Of a stretch of DNA of 64,000 nt, positions 1-10,073 are shown in pieces. The DNA is from an uncultured Acidobacteriota bacterium (GTDB lineage: Bacteria; Acidobacteriota; Thermoanaerobaculia; Multivoradales; UBA5704). The stretch spans positions 1,664,001-1,728,000 of the forward strand of contig CAVYRF010000002.1 of NCBI GenBank assembly GCA_963770895.1, in the 5' to 3' direction. Both the position numbers and the translations under genes were made by a program. The notes beneath the pieces were generated by a model. That model ran no database searches. It was not told where the DNA came from and saw only the letters and a list, made by a program, of their open reading frames with translations. Each line of letters begins with the position of its first letter. Position 1 is the stretch's first letter.

Positions 1-2
1 AC

Positions 3-2093
3 ATCGACAAGGAGACCGTCGCCTGGGGTCCCAACTACGACGGCTCCGAAATCGAGCCGCTGGTGCTGCCGGCGCGGGTGCCCAACCTGTTGGTCAATGG
101 CGCCTCGGGCATCGCGGTGGGCATGGCGACCAACATCCCGCCCCACAACCTGGGCGAAGTGGTGGACGCTCTCAACCTGCTGATCGAAAACCCCGACGTC
201 ACGTGGCGCGAGCTGATGACCGTGCTCCCCGGTCCCGACTTCCCGACCGCCGGTTTCATCCACGGCATGCAGGGCATCCAATCGGCCTACGACAACGGAC
301 GCGGCATCATGCAGGTGCGGGCGCGCGCCCAGGTCGAAACCCATGCGCGCGGCGACCGCCAGTCGATCGTCGTCACCGAGATCCCCTACCAGGTCAACAA
401 GGCGCGCCTGATCGAGCGAATGGCCGAGCTGATCCGCGAAAAGAAGATCGAGGGCATCTCGGATCTGCGCGACGAATCCGATCGCGACGGCATCCGCATC
501 GTGCTCGAAGTCAAGCGGGGCGAAGTGCCGGAGGTCATCCTGAACTCGCTGTACAAGATGACCCAGATGCAGACCACGTTCGGCATCATTCTGCTGGCGA
601 TCGTCGACAACCAGCCCAAGGTGATGGGGCTCAAGGAGCTGCTGCAACACTTCTTGAACCATCGCAAAACGGTCATCGTGCGCCGCAGCCGCTATGACCT
701 GCGCAAGGCCGAAGAGCGCGCCCACATCCTCGAAGGCATCCTCAAGGCGCTCGACCAGCTCGACGCAGTGATTGCCACGATCCGCGCCAGCCAGACGCCG
801 GGGGAAGCGCGCACGCGCCTGATCAGCGGCTTCGAGCTGTCGGAGCTGCAGGCCCAGGCCATTCTCGAAATGCGCTTGCAGCGCCTGACCGGCCTGGAAC
901 GCGAAAAGGTTGTCGAAGAGTACCGCGAGCTGATGGCGCTGATCGAGCGGCTGCGCGCGATCCTGGCGTCGGACCAGCTGGTGCTGCAGGAGATCCAGCG
1001 TGAGCTGGCGGAGCTCAAGGAAGAATTCGGCGATCGCCGCCGCACCCAGATCATTCCCGAGATGGCTGACATCTCGATCGAGGACATGATCGCCGACGAA
1101 GACATGGTGATCACGGTCACCCGCTCGGGCTACGTGAAGCGCTCGCCGCTCGCCCTCTACCGCGCGCAAAACCGCGGCGGCAAGGGGCGCACCGGCATGG
1201 TGACCAAGGAAGACGACTTCGTGGAGCACCTCTACGTAGCCTCGGCCCACAGCTACATCCTGGTCTTCACCGAGAGCGGCCGGATGCACTGGCTGAAAGT
1301 GCACGAGATTCCCGAAACCGAGCCGGCGGCGCGCGGCAAGGCGATCGTCAACCTGCTCAACCTGGAGGCCAACGAGCGCCTGGCGACGACGGTGGCGGTG
1401 CGCGCGTTCCGCGACGACCGCTACCTGTTCTTTGCCACCGCCAACGGCACGGTCAAGAAGACGGCGCTTTCGGCGTACGCCAACCCGCGCCTGGGCGGCA
1501 TCATCGGCATCAACCTCGATGCCGGCGACCGCCTGCTCGCCGTGCGCCAGACCGACGGCGGCCAGGACGTGCTGCTCGCCACCGCTCGCGGCATCGCCAT
1601 CCGCTTCCCCGAAAGCGACGTGCGTCCGACGGGCCGCGCCACCTACGGCGTGCGCGGCATCACGCTGCGGGCCGGCGACCGCGTGGTGGGCGCCGCGATC
1701 CTCGAGTCCGCGGGCGGCGAGGTGCTGACGGTGGCTGCCCACGGTTTCGGCAAGCGCACGCCGATCGACGACTACCGCAAGCAGACGCGCGGCGGATTCG
1801 GCATCATCAACCTCAAGGTCAGCGACAAGACCGGGGAAGTGATCACCGCCAAGCACGTCACCGACGGCGAAGGCCTGATGCTGATCACCCAGACGGGGAT
1901 GATCATCCGCATCAACGTCGCCACCGTCCGCCTGGTCGGCCGCTCGACGCAAGGGGTCAAGCTGATGGACCTCGACGCCGGCGACCTCCTCGTGGCGGTG
2001 GCCAAGCTCGCCGAAGAGGAGAAGCTGGACGACAACCCCGACGGCACTGACGCATCCGAGCCCGCCGACCCAGAGACCACGCCGGTGAACTGA
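3..2093 (+). CDS. gyrA: DNA gyrase subunit A (5' truncated by window)
   Basis: Frame open from position 3 ([39 protein letters not shown]); C-terminal beta-pinwheel repeats with GyrA box QNRGGKG. Confidence 0.97.
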   Translation: MDKETVAWGPNYDGSEIEPLVLPARVPNLLVNGASGIAVGMATNIPPHNLGEVVDALNLLIENPDVTWRELMTVLPGPDFPTAGFIHGMQGIQSAYDNGRGIMQVRARAQVETHARGDRQSIVVTEIPYQVNKARLIERMAELIREKKIEGISDLRDESDRDGIRIVLEVKRGEVPEVILNSLYKMTQMQTTFGIILLAIVDNQPKVMGLKELLQHFLNHRKTVIVRRSRYDLRKAEERAHILEGILKALDQLDAVIATIRASQTPGEARTRLISGFELSELQAQAILEMRLQRLTGLEREKVVEEYRELMALIERLRAILASDQLVLQEIQRELAELKEEFGDRRRTQIIPEMADISIEDMIADEDMVITVTRSGYVKRSPLALYRAQNRGGKGRTGMVTKEDDFVEHLYVASAHSYILVFTESGRMHWLKVHEIPETEPAARGKAIVNLLNLEANERLATTVAVRAFRDDRYLFFATANGTVKKTALSAYANPRLGGIIGINLDAGDRLLAVRQTDGGQDVLLATARGIAIRFPESDVRPTGRATYGVRGITLRAGDRVVGAAILESAGGEVLTVAAHGFGKRTPIDDYRKQTRGGFGIINLKVSDKTGEVITAKHVTDGEGLMLITQTGMIIRINVATVRLVGRSTQGVKLMDLDAGDLLVAVAKLAEEEKLDDNPDGTDASEPADPETTPVN

Positions 2094-2278
2094 CGTCTGG
2101 GGGTGAGCCGCCGTGGTGCCGGGCTCCGCCCGCGCCGGGCCGCCGCGCCCGGTGGGGGTGGGGCAGGCCGATTCGCATCGCACAAGCCGGCGGCTGGAGT
2201 AAGCGCATGGCTGCCGGCGGGCCGATGGTAGACTGCACAGGGGGCCATCTCTTTAAGAGCCACCAGGAGATCTGAATC

Positions 2279-3667
2279 ATGCCGAACGACTCGCGGGACG
2301 TGATGGCCCGCCTGGACGCTGAAAAAGAGTCTCACCTGGAGCAGCTGAAGGACTTCCTGCGCATTCCTTCGATCTCCACGGATCCTGAATACGCGGTCGA
2401 GGTGCGCCGGGCGGGCGAGTTCGTGCTGGGGCACCTCAAGGCGGCGGGCCTCGCCACCGAGCTGATCGAAACCGCGGGCTATCCCCTGGTCTACGGCGAG
2501 TGGCTGGGCGCCCCCGGCAAGCCGACGATCCTGTTCTACGGCCACTACGACGTGCAGCCGGTGGACCCGGTGGACCTCTGGCGGCACCCGCCGTTCGAGC
2601 CCACGGTCGAAGGCGACAAGCTGGTGGCGCGCGGCGCCACCGACGACAAGGGGCAGTCTTTCGCCCACGTCAAGGGTGTGGTGGCGACGCTGGCCCAACG
2701 CGGCACGCTCCCGGTCAACGTCAAGTTCCTGATCGAGGGCGAAGAAGAATCGGGCGGCGAGGCGATCGACAAGTACGTGCGCCAGGACGGCGGCAAGCGC
2801 CTGGCGTGCGACTGCGTGATGGTCTCCGACAGCTCGATGTTCGCGCCCGGCCAGCCGTCGCTGATCTACGGCCTGAAGGGGCTGGCCTACATGGAGCTCA
2901 AGGTGACCGGCCCCAACCGCGATCTGCATTCGGGCACCTTCGGCGGGGCGGTGACCAACCCGCTCAACGCGCTGGGCGAAATCATCGCCCGCCTGCGCGA
3001 CAGCCGCACCGGCAGGATTCTCATCCCCGGCTTCTACGACGACGTGCGGCCGCTCGCGGATTGGGAGCGCAAGGAGTTCGCGCAGCTGCCGTTCGAAGAG
3101 GAAGCCTATCGATCCGGCCTGGGTGTGCCGCAGCTGTGCGGCGAAGAGGGATACACCACCCGCGAACGCACCTGGGCGCGGCCGACGCTCGACGTGAACG
3201 GCATCTTCGGCGGCTACCAGGGGCGCGGCGCAAAAACGGTGCTGCCTTCGTGGGGCGGCGCCAAGGTATCCATGCGGCTGGTCCCCGACCAGCGGCCGGA
3301 CAAGGTGGCACGCATGTTTACCGACTACGTGCAGCAGGTCGCGCCTCCCGGAGTGGTCGTCGAAGTGACCAACCTGCATGGCGCGGAACCGGTGGCGGTC
3401 GAAGCGACCGGTCCGCTGGTCGAAGCCGCCATGTCGGCCATGGCCGACGTGTGGGGGCCGCGGCCGGTGCGCATCCGCGAGGGCGGTTCCATCCCCATCG
3501 TCGCCACCTTCTCGCAGGTTCTCGCCAAACCGGTGCTGCTGCTGGGGTTTGGGCTGACCGATGACGGTCTCCACTCACCCAACGAGAAGTTCAACCTCAG
3601 CAACTATTACAATGGAATCCGCTCCGTGGTGCGGCTGCTGGATCGATTGGGTGAAGTCAGCGCATGA
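2279..3667 (+). CDS. M20 family metallo-dipeptidase (ArgE/DapE-like)
   Basis: YGHYDVQP, ARGATDDKG, EGEEESG, DLHSG, HSPNEKF motifs; AGGAG RBS upstream. Confidence 0.93.
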   Translation: MPNDSRDVMARLDAEKESHLEQLKDFLRIPSISTDPEYAVEVRRAGEFVLGHLKAAGLATELIETAGYPLVYGEWLGAPGKPTILFYGHYDVQPVDPVDLWRHPPFEPTVEGDKLVARGATDDKGQSFAHVKGVVATLAQRGTLPVNVKFLIEGEEESGGEAIDKYVRQDGGKRLACDCVMVSDSSMFAPGQPSLIYGLKGLAYMELKVTGPNRDLHSGTFGGAVTNPLNALGEIIARLRDSRTGRILIPGFYDDVRPLADWERKEFAQLPFEEEAYRSGLGVPQLCGEEGYTTRERTWARPTLDVNGIFGGYQGRGAKTVLPSWGGAKVSMRLVPDQRPDKVARMFTDYVQQVAPPGVVVEVTNLHGAEPVAVEATGPLVEAAMSAMADVWGPRPVRIREGGSIPIVATFSQVLAKPVLLLGFGLTDDGLHSPNEKFNLSNYYNGIRSVVRLLDRLGEVSA

Positions 3668-4218
3668 AAGGCAAACAAAACTTCGAACGAGAGATCAAGT
3701 TTCGCTCCGATGATCTATCAAAGCTGCGCGAGCGCTTGGGCGAGCTGGAAGCCGAGCGCGTAGGCCCTGCCGCTTTCGAGGACAACTGGATCATGGACCG
3801 ATCGGGCGAGCTGCTGTCGGCCGGCAGGACGCTGCGGTTGCGCACCGACGGCACGCGCTCCCACCTCACGCTCAAGGGGCCGATGAGCATGGAAGGCAAC
3901 CTCAAGGTGCGCGAGGAGCGCGAGATCGGCATCGAAAGCGCCGACGAAGCGCGCGGCCTGTTCGAAAGCCTCGGCTACTCCGTGGTGCGGCGATACCAGA
4001 AGGTACGCGAAGAGTGGCAGTTGGGCGGCGTCACCATCGCGCTGGACCACACGCCGATCGGCGACTTTGCCGAGTTCGAGGGCGACGGGGCAGAAACCGT
4101 GGCGCGGCGGTGCGGCTTCGACTCCGAAAAGGGCGAGCCGCGCACCTACCTGGGGCTCTACGAGGACTACCTGAAGGAGCACCCCGAAGCGCCGCCCGAG
4201 ATGATCTTCCGGCAGTGA
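3664..4218 (+). CDS. CYTH domain protein (class IV adenylate cyclase-like)
   Basis: N-terminal EREIKF (ExExK), LRLR, LTLKGP, FAEFEG; ATGA overlap with upstream gene. Confidence 0.88.
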   Translation: MKGKQNFEREIKFRSDDLSKLRERLGELEAERVGPAAFEDNWIMDRSGELLSAGRTLRLRTDGTRSHLTLKGPMSMEGNLKVREEREIGIESADEARGLFESLGYSVVRRYQKVREEWQLGGVTIALDHTPIGDFAEFEGDGAETVARRCGFDSEKGEPRTYLGLYEDYLKEHPEAPPEMIFRQ

Positions 4219-5327
4219 GCCCGGCGCGCCCGCGGGCGCTGGTCCTGGCAGCCGGGCTCGGCACCCGGCTGCTGCCGCTCACCGCCACGACTCCCAAGCC
4301 GCTGTTGCCGGTGCGGGGCAAGCCGATCCTGGCGCACACGCTGCTGCAGCTGGCCGCCGCCGGTTGCGAGGCCGCTGCCGTCAACCTGCACCACCACGGC
4401 GATCAGATCCGGCGCGCCATTGGCGGCGACCGCGGCCGCGAGGGCTCCGGCGTCGTTGGCGTCAGCGGCGGCGCCGGCGGCGCTGGCATCAGCGGCATCG
4501 GTGACGGTGGCAGCATCGGCGGCATGCCGCTTGTCTGGTCCGAGGAGCCGGTGCTGCTGGGCACCCTGGGAGCCCTGGCTCCGCTGCTCGACTTCTGCGC
4601 CGCCGCCGACCCCCTGCTGATCGTCAACGGCGACAGCCTCTGCCGGTGGCCGTTCGCCGCCCTGCTGCGCCGCCACCGTGAAAGCGGCGCCCTGGCAACC
4701 CTGCTGCTGGCCAGCCGCCCCGACCCGGCAGCCTTCGGCGGCGGCGTGGCGGTCGGGCGCGGCGGCGCGGTCGTCTCGCTGCGGCCGGGAGCCGGAAGCG
4801 CCGGTGGCGAAAGCCGGCGCCGCCAGGTTTTCGCCGGCGCTCACGTGCTGTCGCGGCGCATCCTGCCCGACGTCCAGGCGGCGCTCCAGGCCGCCGGGGC
4901 GCCGCCGACCGACATCGTGCGCCGGCTGTACGAGCCGCTGCTGGCCAGCCGGCCGGGCTGCATCGCTGCCATCGCCACCGTCGGACGGTGGCACGACCTG
5001 GGGACGCCGCGGCGCTTTCTGGCCGCCGCGCTGGACTGGGCGGGCGCGGGCGGCGCGGCAAGGGCGCGGACCGGCCGGTGCGGTTGGGTCTCGCCGGCGG
5101 CAGCGGTCGCAGCGGGTGCGACGGTGACCGGATCAAGCGTCGACGCCGGCTGCGTGGTGGCGGCCGGCGCCGTGGTCGAAGGCTCGGTGCTGCTGCCCGG
5201 TGCCAGCGTCGGCGCCGGCTGCCAGGTGCGCGGCGCGCTCCTCGGCCCCGGCGCCCGTCTGCCCGCCGGCAGCCGCCTCGAAGATCAGCTGCTGGTCGCC
5301 GGTGCCAACGGCGCGATCGCGCTGTGA
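4215..5327 (+). CDS. Sugar-phosphate nucleotidyltransferase (mannose-1-P guanylyltransferase-like) with hexapeptide tail
   Basis: LVLAAGLGTRLLPLT..PKPLLPV, NGD, WHDLGTP; GTG start at 4215 overlaps the upstream TGA. Confidence 0.87.
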   Translation: MSPARPRALVLAAGLGTRLLPLTATTPKPLLPVRGKPILAHTLLQLAAAGCEAAAVNLHHHGDQIRRAIGGDRGREGSGVVGVSGGAGGAGISGIGDGGSIGGMPLVWSEEPVLLGTLGALAPLLDFCAAADPLLIVNGDSLCRWPFAALLRRHRESGALATLLLASRPDPAAFGGGVAVGRGGAVVSLRPGAGSAGGESRRRQVFAGAHVLSRRILPDVQAALQAAGAPPTDIVRRLYEPLLASRPGCIAAIATVGRWHDLGTPRRFLAAALDWAGAGGAARARTGRCGWVSPAAAVAAGATVTGSSVDAGCVVAAGAVVEGSVLLPGASVGAGCQVRGALLGPGARLPAGSRLEDQLLVAGANGAIAL

Positions 5328-5414
5328 CCGGTGGCTCTCAAAGGGCAACCCCGCCCGCCTGCCGAGCGACAAGCGCCCCCGCTGGTGGGCCCTTCAGGGT
5401 ATCCTTGAGGGGCC

Positions 5415-5636
5415 ATGAATCTCGATCTGACACTGGTCTTTCGCAAGGTCCCTGAAGGCTACATCGGCATCGTTGAGGAGCTTCCCGGCGCCAACAGCCA
5501 GGGCGAGACCCTCGAACAGACGCGCGCGAACCTCGAGGAAGCCGTGATGCTTGTCCTGGAAGCCAACCGCTTTCTCGCCGAGCAGGAGATCGGCGGCGCG
5601 GACGTGATCCGCGAAACCATCACGACCCGGACGTGA
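5415..5636 (+). CDS. hicB: HicB-family antitoxin (short, no separate DNA-binding domain)
   Basis: EGYIGIVEELPGANSQGETLEQTRANLEEAV typical HicB fold; 73 aa. Confidence 0.88.
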   Translation: MNLDLTLVFRKVPEGYIGIVEELPGANSQGETLEQTRANLEEAVMLVLEANRFLAEQEIGGADVIRETITTRT

Positions 5637-5818
5637 AGCGCACGGACCTCGTCCGGCACCTCCACGCCCGCGGCTGCGAGCTGCTGCGCGAGGGGGCCAA
5701 TCACTCCATCTATGTCAACCGCGCCGCCCGGAAAAGCTCATCGGTACCAAGACAGCGAGAGATCAACGATTACTTGGCGCGGAAGATCTGCCGCGACCTG
5801 GGCGTGAGCGAACCGTGA
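5633..5818 (+). CDS. hicA: HicA-family mRNA interferase toxin
   Basis: MKRTDLVRHL...LLREGANHSIY...SVPRQREI; 61 aa; overlaps hicB stop. Confidence 0.88.
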   Translation: MKRTDLVRHLHARGCELLREGANHSIYVNRAARKSSSVPRQREINDYLARKICRDLGVSEP

Positions 5819-5850
5819 AATCTGCGGGTCGTGCATCCAACGGCCTGACG

Positions 5851-6522
5851 ATGGCTGACGACGGACTGCGGCTGGTGGTGTTCGATTGGGACGGGACGCT
5901 GATGGATTCCGTGGGGTCGATCGTCCGCTGCACGCAGGCGGTTCTGCGCGAGCTGGCGCTGGGGGAGCCTGGCGAGGCGGCGATCCGCGGCACGGTGGGG
6001 CTCGGCTTGCGCGAGACCATGGACCTGCTGGTGCCGGGGTGCGACCAGCGCCTGTACGGCGTCGTCCTGGACTGCTACCGCCGGCACTGGGTGGACACGT
6101 ACCGCGATCAGCCGGTGCTGTTCGCCGGGGTGCCCGAGATGCTGGCCGAGCTGGCGGCCGGCGGCTACCTGCTGGCGGTGGCGACCGGCAAAAGCCGGCG
6201 CGGCCTCGATTACGCGCTTGACGAGACGCGGCTGCGCCCACGCTTTCAGACCACGCGCAGCGCCGACGAAGCACTGAGCAAGCCGCACCCGCAGATGCTG
6301 CTCGGCATCCTGGATGAGCTCGGGGTGGCGCCGCGGCAGGCGCTGATGGTGGGCGATTCGATCTACGACCTGCAGATGGCAACCAACGCCGGCTGTGCCG
6401 CCGTCGCCGTGCTGTCGGGCACGCACCACCGCGACGAGCTGGCGCTGCACGCGCCGCGCACCCTGCTCGACCGGGTGGCGGACCTGACCGCCTGGCTGGA
6501 TGACACTAGCCGCCGGCGCTGA
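5851..6522 (+). CDS. HAD-superfamily hydrolase (phosphoglycolate phosphatase-like)
   Basis: FDWDGTLMDS, ATGK, SKPHP, MVGDS motifs; start may be 5815 or 5851. Confidence 0.9.
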   Translation: MADDGLRLVVFDWDGTLMDSVGSIVRCTQAVLRELALGEPGEAAIRGTVGLGLRETMDLLVPGCDQRLYGVVLDCYRRHWVDTYRDQPVLFAGVPEMLAELAAGGYLLAVATGKSRRGLDYALDETRLRPRFQTTRSADEALSKPHPQMLLGILDELGVAPRQALMVGDSIYDLQMATNAGCAAVAVLSGTHHRDELALHAPRTLLDRVADLTAWLDDTSRRR

Positions 6523-7573
6523 CGCGAGCCGCGGCGGGCTGGCGCTGGATCCAGCCGTCGATATTGCGCAGCACCAGGTCCGCCAGCAGGCGCAGGTGAT
6601 CTGGCCGGTCGTTGAGCGCCGGGATGTAGCGGTAGCGCTCGCCGCCCGCGTGCTGGAAGATCTCGCGGTTGAGGCCGTCGATCTCTTCGAGCGTCTCCAG
6701 GCAGTCGGCCGAAAAACCTGGGCAGATGACGTCCAGGCTCTTCACGCCGGCCGCGGCCAAGGCGCGCATCGTGTCCTCGGTGTACGGCCGCAGCCACTCG
6801 CCGCGGCCGAACAGCGACTGAAAGCAGACCACGTAGCGGTCGCTCGGCAGCCGCAGCCGCTCGGCCACCAGGCGGGCGGTCTTCTGGCAGTGGCAGTAGT
6901 AAGGGTCGCCGGCTTCGAAGTACCGCTTGGGGATGCCGTGGAACGAAAACAGCAGCTTTTCCGCCGGCTCGCCCGCCGCCCACGCTTCGCCAATGCTGGC
7001 GGCCAGAGCTTCGATGTAAGCCGGCTCGTCGTGGTACGGATGGATCATCCGCAGCTCGGGCACCCATCGCCAGGAGGTGAATTCGGCGGCCACCGCGTCG
7101 AACGTGGAGCCGGTGGTGACCGCCGCGTACTGCGGATAGAGCGGCAGGACAGCGATCTGCCGGCATCCCAGGCCGGCCAGCTCGCGTAGCGCGCTCTGCA
7201 CCGAGGGGTTGCCGTAGCGCATGGCGATGCGCAGGTGGAGAGGGGTTGCCACCTCATTGCGCAGCAGCGCCGCCACGCCCTCGCCCTGGCGGCGGGTGAT
7301 CGCCAGCAGCGGCGAGCCCTGGGCGCTCCAGACCTTGCGGTAGAGCGCCGCCGACTTGCGCGGTCGCAACGGCAGCACGAACAGGTGCAGCACCAGCCAC
7401 CACAGCGGCCTGGGCAGCTCGATGACGCGCGGATCGAGCAGAAACTGGCGCAGGTAGCGGCGCAACGCCGGCGAATCCGGAGCGTCAGGAGTGCCCAGGT
7501 TGGCCAGCACCACCCCCACCGCGGGCACCTCGCCGTGCTGGAATCCGGGCTGACCGAAATAGCGCTGTCCCAT
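6506..7573 (-). CDS. hemH: Ferrochelatase
   Basis: LANLGTP, AMRYGNP, LPLYPQY, FSFHGIP, DCLETLEEI motifs; ATG at 7573. Confidence 0.95.
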   Translation of the reverse strand: MGQRYFGQPGFQHGEVPAVGVVLANLGTPDAPDSPALRRYLRQFLLDPRVIELPRPLWWLVLHLFVLPLRPRKSAALYRKVWSAQGSPLLAITRRQGEGVAALLRNEVATPLHLRIAMRYGNPSVQSALRELAGLGCRQIAVLPLYPQYAAVTTGSTFDAVAAEFTSWRWVPELRMIHPYHDEPAYIEALAASIGEAWAAGEPAEKLLFSFHGIPKRYFEAGDPYYCHCQKTARLVAERLRLPSDRYVVCFQSLFGRGEWLRPYTEDTMRALAAAGVKSLDVICPGFSADCLETLEEIDGLNREIFQHAGGERYRYIPALNDRPDHLRLLADLVLRNIDGWIQRQPAAARVSAGG

Positions 7574-7659
7574 CGGAGGTCTATTAGACCAGGATTCAGC
7601 GTGGAACGCCCGCGGACGGCCGCGGCCCACCGGCGGCAGCCCTCAGCCATGCCTCGCGC

Positions 7660-8097
7660 ATGCGCTATGATCGCAGTCCCTTGAGACGCTTCCTGATCCT
7701 CGCAATGCCCACCCTGGTTCTGGCGATGGCGCTGTTCCGCGCCGGCGTCGACGCCCTCGGCCGCACGCCGTCGCTCGCGCAGTCGTCGGGCACGCCGCTG
7801 CCGATCTGGGTGGTGGTGGGAACCTGGCTGTTGGAATCGCTGGCCCTGGCCGCTCTCTACCTGCTGGTGCAGGCCAGCGGCGGCGGCCGCCTGCTCAACG
7901 GTCTGCTGACGGGGTGGATCGCGTGGGTCTTCCGCGGACCGCTGCTGGTGGTGGCGGTGGTGACCCTGGCCGGCCAGCCGGCGGGACCGTGGTGGTCGAT
8001 GGTGTTTTCGTGGTGGGTGCTCTACTCCGTGTGCGGCCTGCTGCTCGGGGTCGTCGCCGCGGCCTCCGGCCTGCGGCCCGCCGTCACGGGGACCTGA
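7660..8097 (+). CDS. Hypothetical membrane protein (about 4 TM)
   Basis: Four hydrophobic segments; directly upstream of the PKS cluster; start uncertain (TTG 7681 possible). Confidence 0.7.
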   Translation: MRYDRSPLRRFLILAMPTLVLAMALFRAGVDALGRTPSLAQSSGTPLPIWVVVGTWLLESLALAALYLLVQASGGGRLLNGLLTGWIAWVFRGPLLVVAVVTLAGQPAGPWWSMVFSWWVLYSVCGLLLGVVAAASGLRPAVTGT

Positions 8098-8122
8098 CCG
8101 CCGCCGCAAGCGGGAGCCCGCC

Positions 8123-9187
8123 GTGAAGATTGCCGCCGTCGGCCGCGCGCTCCCCCCTCACTTCTACGATCAGGACACCCTGCTGGCGGCGCTGCGCGAC
8201 CGTTGGACCGCGCGGCTGTTCAACCCCGAGAGACTGACCCGCCTGCACCAGAACGTGCTGGTCGGCGGCCGCCACCTGGCGCTGCCCATCGACGAGTACG
8301 CCGGCCTGACCACCTGGGGCAAGGCCAACGACGCGTGGATTCGCGTGGCGCAGGAGGTCGGCGGCGCCGCGGTCCTGGACGCGCTCCACCGCGCCGGCCT
8401 GGCGGTCGGCGACGTCAGCGCGCTGCTCTTCGTCACCGTCACCGGCGTCGCCACGCCGTCCATCGACGCGCGGCTGATGAACCGGCTGCGCCTGCCGGCG
8501 GACACCAAACGGTTGCCGATCTTCGGTCTGGGCTGCGTCGCCGGCGCCGCCGGCATCGCCCGCGCGGCGGATTACGTGCGCGCCTTTCCCGACCAGGTGG
8601 CGGTGCTGCTCTCCGTCGAGCTGTGCTCGCTCACCCTGCAGCCGCAGGACCTGTCGATCCCCAACCTGATCGCCAGCGGCCTGTTCGGCGACGGCGCCGC
8701 GGCGGTGGCGATGGTCGGCGAAGGTCGCGCCGCGGCCTGCGGGGGCGCCGCGGGTCCGACGGTCGTCGCCACCCGGTCGGTGTTCTACCCCGATTCGGAG
8801 CGGGTCATGGGGTGGGACATTTCGCAGGACGGCTTTCGCATCGTGCTGTCCGCCGACGTGCCGCAGGTGGTCCGCCAGTTTCTGCGGCACGACGTGGACG
8901 CCTTTCTTGCCAGCCACGGTCTGGCCCGCGCCGACATCGCTTCGTGGGTCTGCCATCCCGGCGGCCCCAAGGTGCTCGAGGCGATGGAAGACGCGCTGGA
9001 GCTGCCCGCGGGAGCGCTGGAGGTGACCTGGAAGAGCCTGCGCGAAGTGGGCAACATCTCCTCCACCTCGGTGCTGCTGGTCCTCGCCGACACCATCGAC
9101 CATCACCGGCCGCCGCCCGGCAGCTGGGGCATGCTGCTCGCGATGGGCCCCGGTTTCTGCTCCGAGCTGGTGCTGCTGCGCTGGTAG
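8123..9187 (+). CDS. Type III polyketide synthase (SrsA/BpsA/FtpA-like)
   Basis: Catalytic Cys (GLGCVAG), His (CHPGG), Asn (GNISS); LFGDGAAA; AMGPGF. Confidence 0.95.
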   Translation: MKIAAVGRALPPHFYDQDTLLAALRDRWTARLFNPERLTRLHQNVLVGGRHLALPIDEYAGLTTWGKANDAWIRVAQEVGGAAVLDALHRAGLAVGDVSALLFVTVTGVATPSIDARLMNRLRLPADTKRLPIFGLGCVAGAAGIARAADYVRAFPDQVAVLLSVELCSLTLQPQDLSIPNLIASGLFGDGAAAVAMVGEGRAAACGGAAGPTVVATRSVFYPDSERVMGWDISQDGFRIVLSADVPQVVRQFLRHDVDAFLASHGLARADIASWVCHPGGPKVLEAMEDALELPAGALEVTWKSLREVGNISSTSVLLVLADTIDHHRPPPGSWGMLLAMGPGFCSELVLLRW

Positions 9188-9215
9188 GGGAAGGTTCGGC
9201 CAGCCGAAATCGCCG

Positions 9216-9815
9216 ATGACCATCCTGGGCCTGGACAGCCGCGTCGTATATACCTTGCTGGTGGCCGGCGTGGCGCTGCAACGCCTGGCGGAGCTGGGGC
9301 TGTCGCGCCGCCACAGCGCGGCGCTTGCGGCGCGCGGCGCGGTGCAGGTGGCGCCCCGCCACTACGGAGCCATGGTCGCGGTGCATACGGGCCTGCTGGT
9401 GTGCTGCCCGCTGGAAGTATGGTGGCTGCGGCGGCCGTTGGTGCCGGCGCTGGCGGCGGCGATGGCGGCGCTGCTGCTGGGCGCGTCGGCGCTGCGCGGC
9501 TGGGCGATCGCCACCCTGGGCGAGCGCTGGACGACGCGCATCTACTGCCTGCCGGGCGCGGCGCCGGTCGTCCAGGGGCCCTATCGCTACCTGCGCCACC
9601 CCAACTACCTGGCGGTGGTGGTGGAGATGGCGGCGCTGCCGCTGCTGCACGGTGCGTGGATCTGCGCCGCGCTCTTCTCGGCGGCCAACGCCGCGGTGCT
9701 CACCGTGCGCATCCGCGCCGAAGAGGCGGCGCTGTCGCGCCTGTCCAGCTACGCAACGGCCTTCGCCGGCAGGCCGCGGCTGCTGCCCGGCGCTCGCCGG
9801 TTGCACTGTCTTTGA
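9216..9815 (+). CDS. Isoprenylcysteine carboxyl methyltransferase family (SrsB/BpsB-like)
   Basis: QRLAEL, LGERWTTRI, GPYRYLRHPNY, RIRAEE. Confidence 0.92.
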   Translation: MTILGLDSRVVYTLLVAGVALQRLAELGLSRRHSAALAARGAVQVAPRHYGAMVAVHTGLLVCCPLEVWWLRRPLVPALAAAMAALLLGASALRGWAIATLGERWTTRIYCLPGAAPVVQGPYRYLRHPNYLAVVVEMAALPLLHGAWICAALFSAANAAVLTVRIRAEEAALSRLSSYATAFAGRPRLLPGARRLHCL

Positions 9816-9830
9816 ACGGGAGGGCAGGCC

Positions 9831-10073
9831 ATGGAGACCAATATCCTGGAAGGTGTCGCCGCGGTGGCGCGCCAGCACCTCGACTGGCAGGGCCCGGTGA
9901 CCCGCGACCTGCGGCTGGTCGAGGACATGCATCTGGATTCGGTGCGCCTGCTGACCCTGGCCGCCGAAGTGGAAAACCACTTCCACGTCATCCTCGACGA
10001 GCAGGACGAAGCGTCGATCGAAACGGTGGGAGACCTGGTGGATATCGTGCGGAGCAAGCTTGGCAGAACCTGA
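9831..10073 (+). CDS. Acyl carrier protein
   Basis: 80 aa acidic protein, LDSV phosphopantetheine site, ETVGDL. Confidence 0.9.
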   Translation: METNILEGVAAVARQHLDWQGPVTRDLRLVEDMHLDSVRLLTLAAEVENHFHVILDEQDEASIETVGDLVDIVRSKLGRT

